A stretch of DNA of 64,000 nt from Candidatus Multivorans sp. (GTDB taxonomy: Bacteria; Acidobacteriota; Thermoanaerobaculia; Multivoradales; Multivoraceae), in contig OZ245033.1 of assembly GCA_965224025.1 (NCBI GenBank), forward strand, positions 4,640,001 to 4,704,000. The letters run 5' to 3'. How positions within the stretch are numbered: the stretch's first letter is position 1; each line of letters starts with the position of its first letter. This document shows, in pieces, positions 59,402-64,000 of the stretch. Position numbers and translations under genes: made by a program. Under the pieces are notes generated by a model. That model did no database searches, was not told the origin of the DNA, and saw only the letters and a program-made list of their open reading frames with translations.

Positions 59402-60439
59402 ATGAGAGAGCCGAGCGTGATCTTGATGGGCGCGGCGTCGGTCCTGACACTGGGACTCGCCGGCTTCGCCCTTGAGGGACCCCGGATCCAGGCCGAGATC
59501 GAGGCGCGGACCGCGGCCGCGCTGGCCGATGCCGGCGTCCGCAACCTGAGTGTGCAGGCCCGCGGACGCGATGTGACGCTCTCCGGCACCGTCGCGTTCG
59601 CGGAAATCGGCATGGAGGCAACACGGCGCGCGGCCGCGACACCCGGCGTGCGCCATGTCGACAACCGGCTGGAGATGGCCAGCGGCCCTTCCTTCGAGTT
59701 CGCTCCCGACGGCGACATCTGGTTGCTCCGCGGCCAGATGCCGACGCCCGAAAGCAGGCAGGAACTGTTCGACGCGGCCGCCGCGATCGTGGGTCCGGGG
59801 AACGTCATCGACGAGACCGAAGTCGACGGCTCGGTGACTGAACCTCCCTGGCTCGGCGCGCTGCCCAGGCTGATCCAGCTTCTGCGCCGCCTGGACGGCG
59901 CTCCGGGGCTGCGGCTCGAAGACCGGACGCTGACTCTGACGGGTCACACCTCCACCGAGGGCCTGCGTGACCACCTCATGTTCGAAATCACGTCCATCGG
60001 AGTCGCGGCCAACGCTGGCTGGACGATCGCCAATCGGATGCGGATCTCGCCCGTCGCCGTAAACCACGAGGCCGAGAGGCGCATCCGGGACGTGCTGGCA
60101 CGGGGACCCATCGAGTTCGAAGACGGCACGTCGACGCTCACCGAGGAGGCCACGACCACGGTTGGCGAGATCGGCGCCGCGCTGGCCAACATCTCGGAAA
60201 TCCGGGTAGAGATCCTCGCCCACACGGACCCCGGCGGCGAACCGGCAGTCGACCGGGCGCTCAGTCTCGAACAGGCTCGGGCCGTCCTCGACGTTCTCTC
60301 GGCCAGCATTCATCCCGACCGCCTGCTGGCGCTCGGCTACGGCAGCGATCGTCCGCTCGCCGCGGACGGCGACGACACGGCGGACTCCGCCGACGCCTCG
60401 ACTTCACGCATCGAGTTCCGCGTTCTCCACCGTCCCTGA
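59402..60439 (+). CDS. BON + OmpA-like domain protein (ArfA-like)
   Basis: N-terminal TM, GRDVTLSG...GVRHVDNRL BON domain, C-terminal OmpA-like (HTD, LS..QA, GYGSDRPLA, RIEF). Confidence 0.82.
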   Translation: MREPSVILMGAASVLTLGLAGFALEGPRIQAEIEARTAAALADAGVRNLSVQARGRDVTLSGTVAFAEIGMEATRRAAATPGVRHVDNRLEMASGPSFEFAPDGDIWLLRGQMPTPESRQELFDAAAAIVGPGNVIDETEVDGSVTEPPWLGALPRLIQLLRRLDGAPGLRLEDRTLTLTGHTSTEGLRDHLMFEITSIGVAANAGWTIANRMRISPVAVNHEAERRIRDVLARGPIEFEDGTSTLTEEATTTVGEIGAALANISEIRVEILAHTDPGGEPAVDRALSLEQARAVLDVLSASIHPDRLLALGYGSDRPLAADGDDTADSADASTSRIEFRVLHRP

Positions 60440-60487
60440 GCATCTCCACCGTTCCCCAAGAATCTCCACCGCCCCTGAAGGGCGCCG

Positions 60488-60682
60488 ATGCTGTACATTC
60501 TCCTCGAAATATGGATCTGGGTCGCCGCCGCGGCGCTGGTCGGCGCGATGTTCGGCTGGTGGATGCGCAGCATCCGGGCCGCCAGGGAGGTCGCCCGGGA
60601 AGCCCTGCTCTGGCAGCAGCGCATAGGGCGGCTGGAGAGGCTCGCCGCGGGCCTGAAGAACACGGCGGACGCCGAAGGGTAA
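60488..60682 (+). CDS. Small membrane protein (ArfB-like)
   Basis: MLYILLEIWIWVAAAALVGAMFGWW single TM segment immediately after the BON-OmpA gene. Confidence 0.65.
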   Translation: MLYILLEIWIWVAAAALVGAMFGWWMRSIRAAREVAREALLWQQRIGRLERLAAGLKNTADAEG

Positions 60683-60730
60683 AAGAACGATTCAGGCGAC
60701 GCCGGCGCCTGAGATCTGATTGCCGCCGGC

Positions 60731-62180
60731 TCAGTCGTCCCCGGTCAGGAGATCGAACTCCGACGGCGCAACGGTGACTCCGGCCCGGTGCTGCAACGCG
60801 CGCGACGTGACGTCCGCCAGGATCTCCGGCTGCGCGGCCGCGATGTCCCACTGCTCGCCCGGGTCCAGCGCCAGGTCGTACAGCAGGGGTGGATCGTGCT
60901 CCGTCCGCTCGCCGGCCAGACCGTACGCGCCCTGGGTGATGAAGTGTGCCTTGTAGTTCCCGACCCGGTAGGCGTAGAGCTCGCTCCCGCGGTAGAACGG
61001 AATCTCCCGGCGCGGCCCGTCCCCGGCTCCCAAGAGCGCCCGGCTCAGATCGAGGCTGTCCATCGGCCGGTCTTCCGGCAGGGCGCCACCGGCGAAACCG
61101 AGGAAGGTCGCGAACAGGTCACTGGTCGACCCGATCTCGTCCGTGACCACATCGGGGGCGATCGTCCCGGGCCACCAGAACAGCCCCGGCACCCGCATGC
61201 CCCCGTCCCAGGTCATCCCCTTGCCTTCGCGGAGGGGTCCGGCCAATCCCCCCTGGGTGCGGAACGCGGTCCAGGGTCCGTTGTCGCTGCTGAAGAACAC
61301 GACCGTGTTCTCCGCGAGCCCCTCCTCTTCCAGCGTGTCGAGGATCCGGCCGACGCTCCAGTCGATCTCCTCGATCACGTCGCCGTAGAGCCCCGCGTCG
61401 CTGTGGCCCTCGAACTCGGGCGCCCGGAACAAGGGTACGTGGGGCATGCTGTGCGGCAGATAGACGAAGAACGGCTCCTCCCGGTGAGCACGGATGAAGT
61501 CCACGGCCTCCTCGGCGTAGCGCTTCGTGATCGTCGTCTGGTCCGCGGGCTGCTCCAGCGTCTCCATGACGATCTGGTCGGCTTCGTCGCGCTCCGAGCG
61601 GATGAGCGGCACGTCCCAGTACTCGATCTTCGGATCCACGAACGCTGCACGACGCTCTTCCCGCGGAAGCGTCGACATCATGTCGTTCGAGTAGGGAATG
61701 CCGAACCAGTAGTCGAACCCGTGCCGGGTCGGCAGGTAGTCGGGGCCATCGCCCAGGTGCCACTTGCCGAACATGCCGGTCGCGTAGCCGAGATCGCGGA
61801 GCGCCTCGGCGATCGTCACTTCCTCGTCCTGGATGCCGCCCACGAACTCGGGGAAGAGCACACGGGCCCGGTCGCCGTAAAGTCCGCTGCGTAGCTGCAG
61901 GCGCCCGGTCAACAGCCCCGCCCGGCTCGGCGAACACACCGACGCGGTGACGTAGAAGTTCGTCCAGCGCTGGCCCTCGGCCGCCATGCGGTCGAGGTTC
62001 GGGGTGCGGATCACCGGCGCGCCGTAGCTGCCGAGGTCGCCCCAGCCCAGGTCGTCGGCGAAGACGATGACGACGTTCGGGGGGGCGGCTGGCGGCGGTG
62101 GCAGAAGGCTGTGGAGAGTCCCGCGCACAGGACGCAAGAACCGGAGCAAGGAAGGAAAGGAGAAGAGCCGTTCGTGACAT
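60731..62180 (-). pseudogene. Arylsulfatase (Cys-type) lipoprotein, frameshifted at a C7 homopolymer near the 5' end (real or sequencing error)
   Basis: Signal peptide MSRTALLLSFLAPVLASC is out of frame with PNVVIVFADDLG...CSPSRAGLLTG, GKWHLG, SDNG; removing one base from the G7 run at 62079-62085 restores the frame. Confidence 0.85.
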
Positions 62181-62278
62181 GGACCAAGTCTAGAGGCCGC
62201 AGCGATGACCCCGGTTCCCGCCACTGAAGAGAGTAGGATCGCCAACTTCCGACCGTACCGACCGACCCGAGACCGCCC

Positions 62279-63454
62279 ATGACCCCACCGCAGATCGACG
62301 AAGCCCGCGCCCTCGACCACCTGATGGACCTGCTCGCCATCGAGGGCCTGAGCGGCCGCGAGGGCAAGATCGCGGCCGCGGTCCGGGAGAAGCTCCTCGG
62401 AGCGGGCTGCGAGCGGTCCTGGATCGGGCATGACGATGCGAACGACCGGATCCCCGGTGACTACGAGGTCGGCAACCTGATCGTCGACCTGCCCGGCACG
62501 AGGCCGGGCCCGCGGCGGCTGTTCATGGGTCACATGGACACGGTGCCGCTCTGCCGCGGCGCGGTGCCCGTGCGCCGGAACGGACGGATCGAAGCCGAGG
62601 GCGACACCGCGCTCGGCGGCGACAACCGGACCTCGATCGGCGCCCTGGTGACGATGGTCGAGACCCTGCTTGCTCAGGACGTGCCCCGGCCGCCGATCAC
62701 GGTGCTGATGACGGTCGGCGAGGAAGTCGGCCTGTGGGGTGCGCGCACCGTGGAGCTCGACCGCCTCGGGAACCCGGAGATGGGCTTCAACATCGACTCC
62801 GGCGCGCCGCACGTGGTGATCATCGGCGCCACCGGCGCCGACCGCTGGCAGGTCGACATCCAGGGCAAGTCCTCTCACGCGGGCGTTCATCCCGAGCACG
62901 GCATCTCCGCGGCGCTAATCGCCTCGCGCGCGGTCGCCGACGTGGCCGCCCAGGGCTTCTTCGGCAAGATCGAGCTTCCGGCCGGCAGCGGCACCTCGAA
63001 CATCGGCCGCATGGCCGGCGGCGAAGCGAGCAACCAGGTGACGGACCACGTCTTCGTGTCCGGCGAGTCGCGCAGCCACGACAAGAGCTTCCTGGCGCAG
63101 ATCACGGCCGCCTACCGCCACGCCTTCGAGAGCGCCGCAGGGAGCGTCCGAAACAGCGACGGCCAGTGCGGCCGCGTCGACTTTCGCGCCGAGCAGGACT
63201 ACGAAGCGTTCGAGATGTCCGTGGACTCGCCTCCCGCGCAGCTCGCCGCGGAGCAGGTAAGGACGGTCCTGGGCATGGAAACCGAGTACCTCGTCGCGAA
63301 CGGCGGACTCGACGCGAACTACCTGAACGCCAAGGGTCTGCCCACGGTGACCCTGGGCGCTGGACAACACGATCCCCACACCGTGGACGAGTACGTCGAC
63401 GTGCGGGAGTACCTCGACGGTTGTCGAATGATCGCCGCCATCGCCGCGGCCTGA
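62279..63454 (+). CDS. M20 family peptidase (peptidase T-like)
   Basis: HMDTV, LGGDNR, EEVGL, HAGVHPEHG, GGLDAN, HTVDE. Confidence 0.9.
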   Translation: MTPPQIDEARALDHLMDLLAIEGLSGREGKIAAAVREKLLGAGCERSWIGHDDANDRIPGDYEVGNLIVDLPGTRPGPRRLFMGHMDTVPLCRGAVPVRRNGRIEAEGDTALGGDNRTSIGALVTMVETLLAQDVPRPPITVLMTVGEEVGLWGARTVELDRLGNPEMGFNIDSGAPHVVIIGATGADRWQVDIQGKSSHAGVHPEHGISAALIASRAVADVAAQGFFGKIELPAGSGTSNIGRMAGGEASNQVTDHVFVSGESRSHDKSFLAQITAAYRHAFESAAGSVRNSDGQCGRVDFRAEQDYEAFEMSVDSPPAQLAAEQVRTVLGMETEYLVANGGLDANYLNAKGLPTVTLGAGQHDPHTVDEYVDVREYLDGCRMIAAIAAA

Positions 63455-63478
63455 TCCCAGCTACCTGGAGGCCCCGAA

Positions 63479-64000
63479 ATGAACACTCGCATGCTCCACG
63501 AGAAAGTGATCGCCGTTACCGGCGCCGGCCGCGGCATCGGCCGCGACATCGCCCTGCTGGCGGCCGCCCACGGCGCCTCGGTGATCGTCAACGACCTCGG
63601 CGGCTCCGAACGCGGCGACGGCGCCGACCAGACGCCGGCGCAGGCCGTCGTCGACGAGATCGCGGCCGCCGGAGGACGCGCCGCCGCGAACTACGAGAGC
63701 GTTGCCGACTTTGACGCCGCCGGCCGCATCGTCGAGCAGGCTCTCGACTGCTACGGCCAGATCGACGGCGTCGTCAACAACGCCGGCATCCTGCGCGACG
63801 GCATCTTCCACAAGATGGAGGAGAGCGACTGGGACGCGGTGATCGCGGTTCATCTCAAGGGCAGCTTCAACATGGCGCGTGCCGCCGCCCCCCACTACCG
63901 CAAGCAGATCGGCGGCGCCTTCGTCCACATGACCTCGACCTCGGGGCTGATCGGCAACTTCGGCCAGGCGAACTACGCCGCCGCGAAGCTGGGGATCGTC
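63479..64000 (+). CDS. SDR family oxidoreductase, 3'-truncated by window edge
   Basis: GGAGG RBS; TGAGRGIG, VNDLGG, NNAGILRD, YAAAK. Confidence 0.9.
   Translation, partial: MNTRMLHEKVIAVTGAGRGIGRDIALLAAAHGASVIVNDLGGSERGDGADQTPAQAVVDEIAAAGGRAAANYESVADFDAAGRIVEQALDCYGQIDGVVNNAGILRDGIFHKMEESDWDAVIAVHLKGSFNMARAAAPHYRKQIGGAFVHMTSTSGLIGNFGQANYAAAKLGIV

Noticed and set aside
62181-62899. N-terminal extension of the 722-aa sulfatase ORF
   Set aside because: Antisense to the M20 peptidase; the real start is better explained by ATG 62180 plus a homopolymer frameshift.

Overview
High-GC bacterial chromosomal segment. The gene content (acidobacterial-type VWA proteins, CRTAC1/ASPIC-UnbV proteins, an Oar-like TonB-dependent receptor, sulfatase-TPR fusions) points to Acidobacteriota, possibly Thermoanaerobaculia-like; this is inference. 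About 40 protein-coding genes. No rRNA, tRNA, CRISPR array or intact transposase was seen. The dominant feature is a ~34 kb block (11.5-45.7 kb) made almost entirely of exported proteins of unknown function: 3 CRTAC1/ASPIC-UnbV beta-propellers, 3 TPR proteins, 2 sulfatase-fold/TPR fusions with a non-canonical TLPSH (Thr) nucleophile motif, a TonB-dependent receptor behind a sigma-54-type promoter, a transglutaminase-like/TPR protein, 3 VWA proteins, an M12 metalloprotease with a duplicated C-terminal domain, a CxxC DUF3179 protein and an M16 peptidase pair. I propose it as a candidate uncharacterised envelope protein export/modification system. The flanks carry housekeeping and catabolic genes (eno, glycerate kinase, folP-folB fusion, folK, ptrB, acyl-CoA dehydrogenase, enoyl-CoA hydratase, hydrolases), several collapsed pseudogenes, a homopolymer-frameshifted arylsulfatase, an inverted-repeat element and recurrent signatures of leaderless transcripts. 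All family calls come from motif recognition by eye; no database searches were run.
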